From IMG/VR virus record IMGVR_UViG_3300036773_000110, positions 3,913 to 67,912 of that record: a stretch of DNA of 64,000 nt. One strand, 5' to 3'. The translations under genes and the position numbers were made by a program. The notes beneath the pieces were generated by a model, which did no database searches, had not been told where the DNA came from, and worked only from the letters and a program-made list of their open reading frames with translations. Source of the DNA: a virus (taxonomy: Duplodnaviria > Caudoviricetes). This document shows, piece after piece, positions 52,554-61,492 of the stretch; positions within the stretch are counted from its first letter, which is position 1, and each line of letters starts with the position of its first letter.

Positions 52554-53074
52554 CACTGTCCTTCCGAGACGGTTCGGGTCAGGGCGACCCGCGACGGGTG
52601 CAGGGTGGAGATCTCGACGTATTGGCCGCGCCGGTGACCGCGCGCGAGTTGCCGGGCACAGCGGCGGCCGGGACCGGCACGGCAGTAGGGGCAGGCGACC
52701 TCCAGCGCCGCCGTGTCCTCCGGCGAGGCGCGGCGCGCCTTCCAGCCGAGCCGGGCCGCGAGTTCGCGCATGATCTCGCGTATCCGGTCCGGGTGGGCTG
52801 GGGACGTCGGCGACGCGGGGAGCTGTGCGCGGGTCGGCGGCTGGCGCCGGACGGCGCGGATCGCGGCCGTCACGTGGCCCGGCATCAGGTACTCCGTCGA
52901 GTTCGCGAAGTGATCGAGGACCGCTTCGCGCGCCTCCGGGAATGTCCAGCGCGCTCGCTGGGCCGCTTCGAGCCAGGCCATCACGGTGGCCTCGCCGGGC
53001 TTGCGGTGGTCGTAGGTCATGGCGATCGCCAAGAGCTGGCGCACCTCGGCCTCAGTCGTCACGTGCAGGGTCAT
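52553..53074 (-). CDS. Helicase loader/inhibitor-like protein with C-terminal zinc finger
   Basis: LLAIAMTYDHR...AW...AV..HF...MPGHV; CPYCRA..G..C...H; follows initiator. Confidence 0.6.
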   Translation of the reverse strand: MTLHVTTEAEVRQLLAIAMTYDHRKPGEATVMAWLEAAQRARWTFPEAREAVLDHFANSTEYLMPGHVTAAIRAVRRQPPTRAQLPASPTSPAHPDRIREIMRELAARLGWKARRASPEDTAALEVACPYCRAGPGRRCARQLARGHRRGQYVEISTLHPSRVALTRTVSEGQ

Positions 53075-53946
53075 GGGTCTCTCCCCGGTGGCAGCGCCCT
53101 CCTGGGCGGCTCGGGCTGTCCTGGGGCATCTGAGCCGCGCAGGAAGGCGGCGATCTGTTCGTCGTGGGAAGACGCGAAGCGACGCGCAGGCGACTGGGGG
53201 TCGTCCTCCCAGCACGCCTGGTTGAGCCAGGTCGCCGGATGCTTCGTGTATTGCGGGTTCTCGTCGCGTCGTTCGTCGGCATAGCGCTTCGCTCCGGCGA
53301 TGATCGCGGCCGGGTCGGCGCCGTCCTTGAGGGCCTTGGCCCACTTCTCGACGGCCGCCTTCCGGCCCACGTGCTTCGGGTACGCCGCGTAGAACTCCTC
53401 GAACTCCGGCCCTCCGTCAGGCAGTCTCCGCCGTGGCGGTGGTGAAGGTTCTTCGTCAGAAGAACCTTCAGGTACGGGTACGGGTACGGGTACGGGTACG
53501 GGTACGGGTACGGGTACGGGGTTGCGAACGTGCGGCGAACGTTCCGCGAACGTGCTGCGAACGTTCGCGGGGTGTTCGCGCGAACGATCCTTGCCCTGAC
53601 CGGCAATTGTCGGTTCCGAACGTCGGTTTTCGCGCAGTGTTCGCATGCGTTCTCGTGCTGCCTTGCGCTTCCGAACCACGGAGTCGCTGTTCGGTTGATA
53701 GTCGGCCCAGTCGTGGAACAGGTATCCGCCCCGCGTTCGTGTCCACAGCCCTGCGGCTGCCAGCCTCTGGGCGAGCGACGGTCCATCCGCATCCAATCGC
53801 GGCAACACATGATCTGGCACGAAACCGTCTTTCTCGTTTCCGCTCGACCACGTGCCCGCCATCGTCCAAAGACCGATCGCCGCTGCGCCTGCCGCCAGCA
53901 CCTTCGGGTGGGAGTAAAAGCGATCATCGACCTTGAACCACACCAC
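53071..53946 (-). CDS. Phage replication initiator protein
   Basis: WFKVDDRFYSHPKV, YLFHDWADYQP, FEEFYAAYPKHVGRKAA, KHPATWLN. Confidence 0.85.
   Translation of the reverse strand: MVWFKVDDRFYSHPKVLAAGAAAIGLWTMAGTWSSGNEKDGFVPDHVLPRLDADGPSLAQRLAAAGLWTRTRGGYLFHDWADYQPNSDSVVRKRKAARERMRTLRENRRSEPTIAGQGKDRSREHPANVRSTFAERSPHVRNPVPVPVPVPVPVPVPVPEGSSDEEPSPPPRRRLPDGGPEFEEFYAAYPKHVGRKAAVEKWAKALKDGADPAAIIAGAKRYADERRDENPQYTKHPATWLNQACWEDDPQSPARRFASSHDEQIAAFLRGSDAPGQPEPPRRALPPGRDP
53471..53518. repeat. Hexamer tandem repeat (GGTACG)x8 encoding (PV)8 linker
   Basis: Direct reading. Confidence 0.9.
53524..53586. promoter_or_regulatory. Putative replication-origin iterons
   Basis: GCGAACGT at 53524, 53535, 53546, 53557 (11-bp period) plus inverted and partial copies, inside the initiator gene. 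Confidence 0.65.
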
Positions 53947-53998
53947 CGGGCGTCCCTCATCCTCGTTCTCCGCTACCGACTCGGTGCCCGCGCTCGGT

Positions 53999-54808
53999 TC
54001 AGTCGGCCACGAGACGCCAGTCCGGGATCTTCTTCGTCTTACGGCCCTTGTTGACCATGGAGACGACCACCTCCGCCATGGCGTCGGCGACGCGGCAGGA
54101 GCGCAGCTTCTTGAGCTGCCGGGCGTCGCCGATGACGCCGACCGGCCCGCCGTCATGGCGGCCGAGTTCGACGGCGAGCTTCCGCAGATCGAGCGTCTCC
54201 CCGTACTGGAGGATGACCAGGCCGATGCCCTCGACCAGCTCCGCCCGCACGGCATCGGGGTTGTGGCCCCACGCGGTGGTGACGAGGTTGATCAGCGTGT
54301 CGCAGGCGGCGCCGTTGCCCCCCTCGAAGCGGGTCCCGCCGTCGTAGATCTTCTCCAGCGCACCCACGGCGAGGAAGAAACCCTTGCCGGACGCGCCGGT
54401 CACGCGCCAGCCGTAGTCATCCAAAATGGAGTTGAGGAGCATGGCGGTTTCGTCGCCCTCGATGACGCGGATGCAGAACTTGATGACGGGGCGGACCTGT
54501 TTGGTGTCGTTGTACAGACGGAAGAGTGCCGCCTCCTCCGCCAGCGTGAGGCCGGAGAACACCTTGCAGTCCATCAGCTCGTTGCCGAGGCCGCACTGCT
54601 TCATGGCCTCCACGCGGGTCTGGCCGTCGACCACGTGGTTGGTGCCGTCGTCGCGGGCGGAGACGATGATCGTCCCGAGGGCGGCCCGATTGAGGTTGCT
54701 GGCGATCTTGTGCACCCGGGCGGGGTCGATGGTGCGCTGAACCTTGGGGTCAACCCCGAGGTGATCCGCGCGAAGTTCCTTCAGGACAGGGGAATAGGTC
54801 GTGGGCAT
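53999..54808 (-). CDS. ParB/Srx-fold protein (DGQxR motif, DUF6551-like)
   Basis: VDPKVQR, LGTIIVSAR, HVVDGQTR, EEAALFRLYN. Confidence 0.7.
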   Translation of the reverse strand: MPTTYSPVLKELRADHLGVDPKVQRTIDPARVHKIASNLNRAALGTIIVSARDDGTNHVVDGQTRVEAMKQCGLGNELMDCKVFSGLTLAEEAALFRLYNDTKQVRPVIKFCIRVIEGDETAMLLNSILDDYGWRVTGASGKGFFLAVGALEKIYDGGTRFEGGNGAACDTLINLVTTAWGHNPDAVRAELVEGIGLVILQYGETLDLRKLAVELGRHDGGPVGVIGDARQLKKLRSCRVADAMAEVVVSMVNKGRKTKKIPDWRLVAD

Positions 54809-54819
54809 GGCTGCATTCC

Positions 54820-55689
54820 TTACGTATCGAGGGTTGCCTTGATGAGCTTGCGAACTCGGGTCAGTGCCTGGATTCCCTTCGTCATGGAGCGCACCCAGGC
54901 GGCGCGCTCGTCGGGTGTGCCGCTCGGGTCAATGGCGGTGATCTGCCTGAGGGCCAGGTCGATGCCGTTCATGTCGACCGAGATCCGGTCCAGCGCGTCG
55001 GCCGAGATGACGGTGTCGTCCTTGGGGCGCGGGCGGCGCTTGGTCGGGCCGGACGGCGCCGGTGCCTCGATCGGCGGCGCCTTGGTCGGCATCGCCATCG
55101 ACGGCGAGATACCCCGGTCGATCCTCTGCACGAACGTCGCCTGGTCGCTGGCGGGCATCTCGGACACCCGCACCGCCGTGTACAGCGGGACCTTGCCTTC
55201 CTCGGTCAGGCGGTTGAGGTCGTCGTTGCCGTTGCGCTGCAAGCGCCGTGCACGTTCGACGGCGACGCCGGAGACCTGGAGCAGCGACGCCGCGTCGCGG
55301 CGGGTCGGAGTCGCTTCGGTAAAGGCATCAGATGAAGCCTTTTCTGCCGGGCGGCCGGGCAGCCGGACTGCGAGGCGCCCGGCGATGAGGGCGCGCTGCG
55401 TGTCGGTGAGGTGTCGGCGGTGGAGGTTCGCGGAGATTACGTACCGCCAGGGATCGCCCTTGTAGGTGGCGTACCGGGGCTCCACACCGGCCTCCGCGCA
55501 CGCCAGGTAGCGGTTGCGGCCGTCGAGGAGCGCGCCGTCCTGGTCGGTGGTGAGGGCCTCCAGGAGACCGTTTTCCTTGATGTCCTGGACGAGGTCGGCG
55601 AACCGTTCCTGGGTCAGCATGGGGAAGATCTCCGCCGCCGAGTGGACCTTGACGTAGTCGGGCAGCGCGTTCGCGAGGATGGCCGTCAT
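54820..55689 (-). CDS. ParB N-terminal-domain protein
   Basis: FADLVQDIKENGL, LLDGRNRYLAC, VISANLHRRHLT..QRA. Confidence 0.8.
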   Translation of the reverse strand: MTAILANALPDYVKVHSAAEIFPMLTQERFADLVQDIKENGLLEALTTDQDGALLDGRNRYLACAEAGVEPRYATYKGDPWRYVISANLHRRHLTDTQRALIAGRLAVRLPGRPAEKASSDAFTEATPTRRDAASLLQVSGVAVERARRLQRNGNDDLNRLTEEGKVPLYTAVRVSEMPASDQATFVQRIDRGISPSMAMPTKAPPIEAPAPSGPTKRRPRPKDDTVISADALDRISVDMNGIDLALRQITAIDPSGTPDERAAWVRSMTKGIQALTRVRKLIKATLDT

Positions 55690-56078
55690 GCCGTACCCCT
55701 TTCGTAGATGATCTCCGCCTGCATCGCTCCGAAGATCAGTCCGGCAATCTCCACGGGGCTCGTCGTGCCGTCGTCGTGGAGCCACACGTAGATGCGGCCG
55801 TAGGGGCTCCACGCCCAGGCAGGAATCTCTGCTGGACTCCTGGGCTGACGCACACTCCACCCGTTGGCATATGCCGTCGTCGGGTGCTGATGGATGAACC
55901 CATGACAGCCATCCGTATTGCCGTGGCCGCAAACGTGAAGCAAGTTGGACAGATCCCATTTGCCGCCCTGGCTACGGTTCTTGCGGTGCTGAGCCTCGCG
56001 CGCCGGGCGCACTCCGCAGACTTCGCACCGGCCGCAGGAGCGTTCCGCGAGCAACCTGCGCGCGACGCCGGGCTTCAT
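55686..56078 (-). CDS. HNH-family endonuclease
   Basis: CEVC, HRKNRSQGG, SNLLHVCG...GCHGFIH. Confidence 0.8.
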   Translation of the reverse strand: MKPGVARRLLAERSCGRCEVCGVRPAREAQHRKNRSQGGKWDLSNLLHVCGHGNTDGCHGFIHQHPTTAYANGWSVRQPRSPAEIPAWAWSPYGRIYVWLHDDGTTSPVEIAGLIFGAMQAEIIYERGTA

Positions 56079-56452
56079 TCGCAGGCGGCTTCGGCGTTGG
56101 TAGTGCTCTGCGCGCCGCGCTCGTCGAGCAGTTCACCCAAGACGTTGTTGGCACGGCGGGCGATGCCGACCGTGCGGAGCGCGTTCCCCGTAAGCGTGGC
56201 GACCCGCTGGTTCGTCTCCTGGAGCCGTTGCGAGAGATAGAGGATCTCCGCGTCGGCCTGCTTGAGCTGCTTGACAAGCACCTGAACTTCCAGGCGATCC
56301 GCGAGCGAACCTTGGTGATCCTTGATGATCTGCTCCGCGATCACGGAATTCATCGCCGTGAAGATCGGCTCGTCATCGAAGGACCCGGGCGTCTCCGCGT
56401 AGCCGTGGATGCGGTAATGCGTGCCGAGCCGCCAGTTTCGGGTGTCGGTCAT
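56075..56452 (-). CDS. Hypothetical coiled-coil protein
   Basis: AGG RBS; operonic. Confidence 0.65.
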   Translation of the reverse strand: MTDTRNWRLGTHYRIHGYAETPGSFDDEPIFTAMNSVIAEQIIKDHQGSLADRLEVQVLVKQLKQADAEILYLSQRLQETNQRVATLTGNALRTVGIARRANNVLGELLDERGAQSTTNAEAACE

Positions 56453-56470
56453 GGAATTTCCCTTGCGTGG

Positions 56471-56836
56471 TCAGAGGTCTGCGCCGTCGTTGGCGTGGAG
56501 TCGATCGATCTCGCGTGCGTTGACGACCATGGTTCGGCCGTTCGCGTTCTGTTCCCTGAGCTGCCGGAGCTGTTCCTTGTGCGCGTCGGCCATCGCGGCG
56601 GACACCAACCGCTCGGTGAGGAGGTGGCCGATCTCGTCGTCGGCATCGGCGATGGTCTCCGCCCGGTTGTGCGACAGGCTTTCGCCTTCGGCCTGCGCCC
56701 GGAGGATTTCCTTGGCCCTGGCCGACTTGTGGTGCGCCTCCGCTTTCGCCGCCGCGACGGCAATGTCCCTGAACTCCGCCGCCTTGATCGCATACACCCG
56801 GGAGACGCTTCCGAGGTGGTCCATCGGGTCGGTCAT
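56471..56836 (-). CDS. Hypothetical helical protein
   Basis: ATGA overlap; operonic. Confidence 0.65.
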   Translation of the reverse strand: MTDPMDHLGSVSRVYAIKAAEFRDIAVAAAKAEAHHKSARAKEILRAQAEGESLSHNRAETIADADDEIGHLLTERLVSAAMADAHKEQLRQLREQNANGRTMVVNAREIDRLHANDGADL

Positions 56837-57060
56837 GACTTGCCCGGCGGGGGCAGGATCACCAGTCCTCGCGGCCGACCCATGTCGCGGCGGACGAAGC
56901 CCAAGGCTTCGAGGGTCTTGAGGTGATAGTGGACGGTCGAGCCGGACTTGAGGTGCACGCCGTCCGCGATCTCCCGGATACTCGGCGGGTAGCCAACGGT
57001 CGTCACGTAGTTCCGGAGGAAGCGCAGAACACGTTGCTGCGACGGCGTGAGGACGGTCAT
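56833..57060 (-). CDS. Stand-alone LexA DNA-binding domain (no peptidase domain)
   Basis: LTPSQQRVLRFL...GYPPSIREIADGVHLKS.STVHYHLKTLEALGFVRR...PRGL; 75 aa. Confidence 0.85.
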   Translation of the reverse strand: MTVLTPSQQRVLRFLRNYVTTVGYPPSIREIADGVHLKSGSTVHYHLKTLEALGFVRRDMGRPRGLVILPPPGKS

Positions 57061-57671
57061 GCCGGTGCCTCCTCACGGAGGCCGTGTTCCTTGAGATCGG
57101 CCAGATACGCCGACAGCACGTCGTCTTCCGCCGCCTGAATCTCGTCGCCGGTCCGGGCCTGGAAGTCGGCCATGATGGCGTAGAGGTCGAAGCCCTGTTC
57201 GGTGGCGTAGCTGCGGACCTGGTCCAGGAGGGACTCCGACGCACCACGCTCGTAGGTGTCGTGGTCGGGGTCAGGTTCGTTGGTGGGCAGGCACAGGGCC
57301 TGGATCAACGCCGTCCGAAGCGCCACGGACATGGCCTTGGGCGTGCCCTTGTCACCGATGTCCATTGCCTCACCGGCAACCTGGGTGTCGATGTGATCGC
57401 CGCCCGGACCGTAGATCCGATAGGTGACCAGGACGGTGCACTCGCGCATGGGCTTCGCGTTCGCCGACAGGACGTCGCGGGAGCGCGCCTCGGTCGCGTG
57501 AGGAACGATGATGACCTGATGGCGGCGCAGGACGGGACCCACCGCGTTGACCACGGCGTCGACCCCGCGAAAGCTGAATCCCTGCGCGCGGTTGTAGTCG
57601 CCCTTGCCGACGTTGCGGACGTCGGCCATGACATCGGCGAGGGCTTCGAAGACGGTCTTGGTGTCGGTCAC
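57057..57671 (-). CDS. ERF-family single-strand annealing protein
   Basis: YNRAQGFSFRGVD, GEAMDIGDKGTPKAMSVALRTAL...LCLPT. Confidence 0.85.
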   Translation of the reverse strand: MTDTKTVFEALADVMADVRNVGKGDYNRAQGFSFRGVDAVVNAVGPVLRRHQVIIVPHATEARSRDVLSANAKPMRECTVLVTYRIYGPGGDHIDTQVAGEAMDIGDKGTPKAMSVALRTALIQALCLPTNEPDPDHDTYERGASESLLDQVRSYATEQGFDLYAIMADFQARTGDEIQAAEDDVLSAYLADLKEHGLREEAPA

Positions 57672-58150
57672 TCGGCACCGTCCAGGAGGAACGGACCGGC
57701 GATCTCGTGCCAGCGCCGCGCAATGACATCGACGGCGCCGCGCTCAGCACGGTAGGTGATGTAGGGGTTGCCCGCGACGAGCCCGATGCCGGGAACGTCG
57801 TCTCCTGTCGCCGGGTCGGTCGTCTCGTTGCACCGCTTCGCGGATTCCAGGATCTTGTGTTCGAACGCGGGCCGGACGATGGTCATCACCTCGTCCGGAT
57901 AGCGCTCCTTAACCCACGCCAGGAACTCCTGCTCGCTGAACACGACGGCGCTCAGGCGGCCGTGCGCCTTGGTGACCTTCCCCAGCCGGGTGCCGTCGTC
58001 GAGGGTCGCGGCTTTCGAGTCCCCCACATCGAGGGCCGTCAGGAACTCCTCCTGGATCTCCATCTCCAGGTCGCGGATGCGGGACTTGAGGGTCTTGAGG
58101 ACGCCGTACTTGACCGCGAGCGATCGGGCTGTTTCCTGCTCCTGCGTTAC
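57668..58150 (-). CDS. Recombination-module protein (Gam/gp157-like); frame extends upstream of first ATG to a GTA codon
   Basis: EFLAWVKERYPDEV...VRPAF; open frame from 58150, first ATG 58063. Confidence 0.55.
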   Translation of the reverse strand, partial: VTQEQETARSLAVKYGVLKTLKSRIRDLEMEIQEEFLTALDVGDSKAATLDDGTRLGKVTKAHGRLSAVVFSEQEFLAWVKERYPDEVMTIVRPAFEHKILESAKRCNETTDPATGDDVPGIGLVAGNPYITYRAERGAVDVIARRWHEIAGPFLLDGAE

Positions 58151-58282
58151 TGATCCCTGCCTGCGGGTTGTGACGGACCGGTGTGCACCGGCAGTTGGTG
58201 GGTGTGTTCGCGAAGCCGATAACCCATGCCTGGGTGGGGAATCCGCATATACCGCACGGGATTCCGTAGGACGGACAGCGTC

Positions 58283-58579
58283 TCACTCGGACCTCTCAAA
58301 CGGTAGCGTGACCTCGCCGGTTCGAGCTTCTCGTTGCTGTTCAAGCAGTCCGCGCGCGACATCCCAGCCTGGCGTGTCGAGCGGGTACACCTCGATGTCG
58401 TCGATGCCCAGGACGAAGGTGACCTTGCCGCCGGAGTGCGTCGTGGTCCGGCTGAGCGACACGGCGGCCACGATCATGTGTCCGGTGTTGTCCCCGCGCA
58501 GCAACGCATTCGTGAGACCAGACAGCCCGTTGCGGTTGCCGGTGGGCGTCGTGCCGGACAGGGTGATCGTCGTTGCCAT
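58283..58579 (-). CDS. Hypothetical protein
   Basis: AGGAGG RBS; ends GEVTLPFE. Confidence 0.65.
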   Translation of the reverse strand: MATTITLSGTTPTGNRNGLSGLTNALLRGDNTGHMIVAAVSLSRTTTHSGGKVTFVLGIDDIEVYPLDTPGWDVARGLLEQQREARTGEVTLPFERSE

Positions 58580-58655
58580 CGGAGCCTCCTCGGGTGGGTA
58601 TGTTGGAGTGGAGGTGGGGCGCGCCGGGTCGGGGCAGACGCGTCCCACCTCCGGC

Positions 58656-59045
58656 TTAGGCGACCTTCATCATGGACGCGGCGTGCGCAGCCTTGACCGA
58701 GATCGCGTCGGGACAGGTGTGAGTCAGTGGGTCGATCTCCACAGGGATGTCCCAGGCGCGCAGGAGGCTGAACGCCTCGACCGAGTGGAGCTGGGTCCAT
58801 GCCAGCATCGGTTCACCGCACGCGATGTACACAGTGGACACGCGGACGAACGCGGTGCGCTCCAGGAACTCCACATTGGTGTCGAACCGCTTCGCCACCT
58901 GCACCACGTCGGCGAGGCTGGAGTAGTGCAGCCGCACGCCGATCGGGTCGAGCGGCCGGATTTCCGCGCACAGCGGGACCGGGAGCCCGGGGAAATCAAG
59001 GAACGTCTGCCGATAGGCGGTGGCGCGTTCGCCCTGGACGGTCAT
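58656..59045 (-). CDS. Hypothetical protein
   Basis: ATGA overlap. Confidence 0.55.
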   Translation of the reverse strand: MTVQGERATAYRQTFLDFPGLPVPLCAEIRPLDPIGVRLHYSSLADVVQVAKRFDTNVEFLERTAFVRVSTVYIACGEPMLAWTQLHSVEAFSLLRAWDIPVEIDPLTHTCPDAISVKAAHAASMMKVA

Positions 59046-59824
59046 ACCGCCACCGACTCCTTCGCGACGTGCAGCGTCGCACCAGCCTTGTCCTGGTTGC
59101 TGATCCACAGGTCGATCGCTTCCTGTGCCCTGTCGACCAAATCAGGGCCAGCTGTGTACAACAGGCACCCGGCGGCGAACGTCCGCCCAACGCCTTCCAG
59201 GATCACCGGAACAGGCCGCGCCTGGCTCAGGAGATGCCCACCGGCGAAGTACATGGCAATAGGTCCGGCCTTGTCGAAGGTCGGCTCAAGCTTGACGTGG
59301 TTGACGAGTTCGTCTGCGACGATGGCGAAGGCCAGCTCCGCCATGGAGGACGTCGTCAGCCGAACCGGCATGGGGGTCGGGCAGTCCGGCGTACGGCCCT
59401 CTGCGTGTGCCGTGGCGACCGTGATGGCCTGGGAGACCACCCTGGCGTCCTCGGAGCTGCGAAGGTCGCTCAGGGACCGGGTCAGGAGGTCGGCCGTCCA
59501 GCCCCAGCCCCGCCCGACGGTGAGGTCCGGGGCGCCCACGGTGTTGTGGGCGAGCCGGAGCATCGTGACCGAGCACGGCGCGCACAGGACGCGGATGTTT
59601 TCGCCCGTGCGCGGGTCCGTCTCCTCGGTGATGTGGGTGCAGAGGCGGTCGTTGACGAGCTGGACCATCGAAGCCAGGGGGCGGGGTGTGCACGAGGGCA
59701 TGTCGGTGATGCGCTTGTCGCCGTTCTCCCACGAGAGGACGTTCATGGCGCACATGTACGTCGTGCTGTGGGGATGGCTGCCCACGGCGAGGCGGGGCGG
59801 GGCGGTGAAGTCCGTGATCGGCAT
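59042..59824 (-). CDS. Hypothetical actinophage protein
   Basis: LAVGSH...MCAMNVLSW..GD..ITD.PSC. Confidence 0.7.
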   Translation of the reverse strand: MPITDFTAPPRLAVGSHPHSTTYMCAMNVLSWENGDKRITDMPSCTPRPLASMVQLVNDRLCTHITEETDPRTGENIRVLCAPCSVTMLRLAHNTVGAPDLTVGRGWGWTADLLTRSLSDLRSSEDARVVSQAITVATAHAEGRTPDCPTPMPVRLTTSSMAELAFAIVADELVNHVKLEPTFDKAGPIAMYFAGGHLLSQARPVPVILEGVGRTFAAGCLLYTAGPDLVDRAQEAIDLWISNQDKAGATLHVAKESVAV

Positions 59825-59842
59825 GGCGGGTGGTGTCCTCTC

Positions 59843-60055
59843 TTAGCGGGTTTCCTGTGGCGGCAAGGGGTTGTCGAGGTACCAGGTGTGAGCGGCGTGG
59901 ATCGCGACGGCCCGCGCCTCGGTCTTGCGGTGATGGTGCTGCCGAAGGGCATCCCGGTAGGGAGCGGGAAGCCGGTACCAGCACGCTCGGCAGGCGTAGT
60001 GGTGTCGCGGCACGGCAGACCCGCACCCGCCTGGGCAGAAGTGGGTGTGGCTCAC
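59843..60055 (-). CDS. Small zinc-finger protein
   Basis: HFCPGGC...ACRACWYRLP. Confidence 0.65.
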   Translation of the reverse strand: MSHTHFCPGGCGSAVPRHHYACRACWYRLPAPYRDALRQHHHRKTEARAVAIHAAHTWYLDNPLPPQETR

Positions 60056-60059
60056 GGGA

Positions 60060-60290
60060 TTACTCCTGGAGGATGCCTTTCGGCGGCGGCTCGTCGCCCT
60101 CACGGGCTTCGGGCTCCACGGCGCGGACAGCGGGCCACTTCGCGTTCCGGAGCTGGGAGACTTCGCGGCGCTTGCGGCGGAGAATGGCGTTGAACTCGGG
60201 CGTCTCCGGGTCCTTCTTGAGCATCTCGACCAGCGGGCGATCGGTGACGGCGCTCAGGTCGATCGGCGGAAACGCTGACGCGACAGGCAT
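60060..60290 (-). CDS. Hypothetical protein
   Basis: GAGAGG RBS. Confidence 0.55.
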   Translation of the reverse strand: MPVASAFPPIDLSAVTDRPLVEMLKKDPETPEFNAILRRKRREVSQLRNAKWPAVRAVEPEAREGDEPPPKGILQE

Positions 60291-60302
60291 TTCGTCCTCT
60301 CT

Positions 60303-60527
60303 CTACTGAAAGAGCAGAACACCGAGAGTCGCCAGATTGATCACCAGCACCAGCAACGCGGTGCCAAGCATGACGAGGGCTCGCTGTCCAATCGGGGTGT
60401 ACGCCGCGTCCACGTACTCCATGCGGAGCTTGTCGGCGGCGCGCAGGCGGTCACGCATGGACCGCCTGATCCGCTCCGCCAGCGTTGGCGGGGCCGGAGT
60501 GTTGCGTTGGTCGTGCTGCGTGGTCAC
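60303..60527 (-). CDS. Small C-terminally anchored membrane protein
   Basis: GTGA overlap; C-terminal TM helix. Confidence 0.5.
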   Translation of the reverse strand: MTTQHDQRNTPAPPTLAERIRRSMRDRLRAADKLRMEYVDAAYTPIGQRALVMLGTALLVLVINLATLGVLLFQ

Positions 60528-60721
60528 AGGTAGACCCGCCGACGCTGGGGACTGCGAGCGTGGCGTGGGGTGTAATTCCGCAGGCCGAGGTTCTCGATCG
60601 GCCACGCCTCCACCCCCGGGTGTTCGCGCTGCCAGAGGTAATCGACGCACCGGTCCAGGCATTCACCGGGGAGTCGCCGGTGGCGACGAGGAGTTCTGAA
60701 ACACTGGAATTGGGTCATCAC
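60524..60721 (-). CDS. Hypothetical protein
   Basis: GGGAGGG RBS. Confidence 0.5.
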   Translation of the reverse strand: MMTQFQCFRTPRRHRRLPGECLDRCVDYLWQREHPGVEAWPIENLGLRNYTPRHARSPQRRRVYL

Positions 60722-60786
60722 AACCCTCCCTTGTGTTTGATCAAGTGCGGCCGGGCGGCGCGGGTGTCGTCGTCCGGCTGTGCGGG

Positions 60787-61092
60787 CTAACTAGCCCGGC
60801 GGGGACGCGGCGTCTTCCTGGCGCTGCGGGCCACCTCCGCCCGTGCGGATTCGATCGCGGCCTTCTTGAGGCGGCGGAGATCCTCCATCGCGACGTACGT
60901 GCGGCTCAGGAACTTCACCCTCGGAAGCTCCTGGTTGCGCAGGAGTCGGTAGATGCTGGCACGGTTGACCCTCAGCACCGTCGCGGTCTGCTCAGGCGTC
61001 AGGAGGTCGTCGAAGATCTCGGCAGACCGGCTTTCCAGGCTGTCGTCAGTTGCAAACTGGACGCCGGTAACGTCGGCGGTTGCTGCCAACAC
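60787..61092 (-). CDS. Excisionase/Cro-like HTH_17 protein
   Basis: LLTPEQTATVLRVNRASIYRLLRNQELPRVKF; divergent from repressor. Confidence 0.8.
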   Translation of the reverse strand: MLAATADVTGVQFATDDSLESRSAEIFDDLLTPEQTATVLRVNRASIYRLLRNQELPRVKFLSRTYVAMEDLRRLKKAAIESARAEVARSARKTPRPRRAS

Positions 61093-61324
61093 GTGGCCTC
61101 CCTTTGCATTTCAGTGATCTTAGGTCGCAAGTGGACGGACAATGTGGACCGCGCGTGCGCTGGGCGGATGGCGTCCGTCGCCTTGCGTTCGGAATCGAAC
61201 AAGGTTGACCTTGCATCCCGACACGCCGAGCAGCAAGGGTTCCGGCAGAATTTTCCGAAAGTGCGATACAGGGCGACAGTCCCTCGACGCGCGACGACAC
61301 TTACCGTGCACTCAGTAACGGATC

Positions 61325-61347
61325 GATACACTCGATCGAGATGTATC
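61325..61347. promoter_or_regulatory. Near-perfect palindrome in the immunity intergenic region, candidate operator
   Basis: GATACA-CTCGATCGAG-A-TGTATC. Confidence 0.45.
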
Positions 61348-61492
61348 TGTACCGGTGGACACGGAGCGGTGCTGTACTGGTCGCAGGGTTGCGAGCTGCG
61401 ACACTGATCAACTTCGTGTACCTCTTTAGCGGTACCTGCGCGCAGGCCAAGGCACTACGGTGCGCCACCCGTTCACCAGGGAGGGCTACTCG

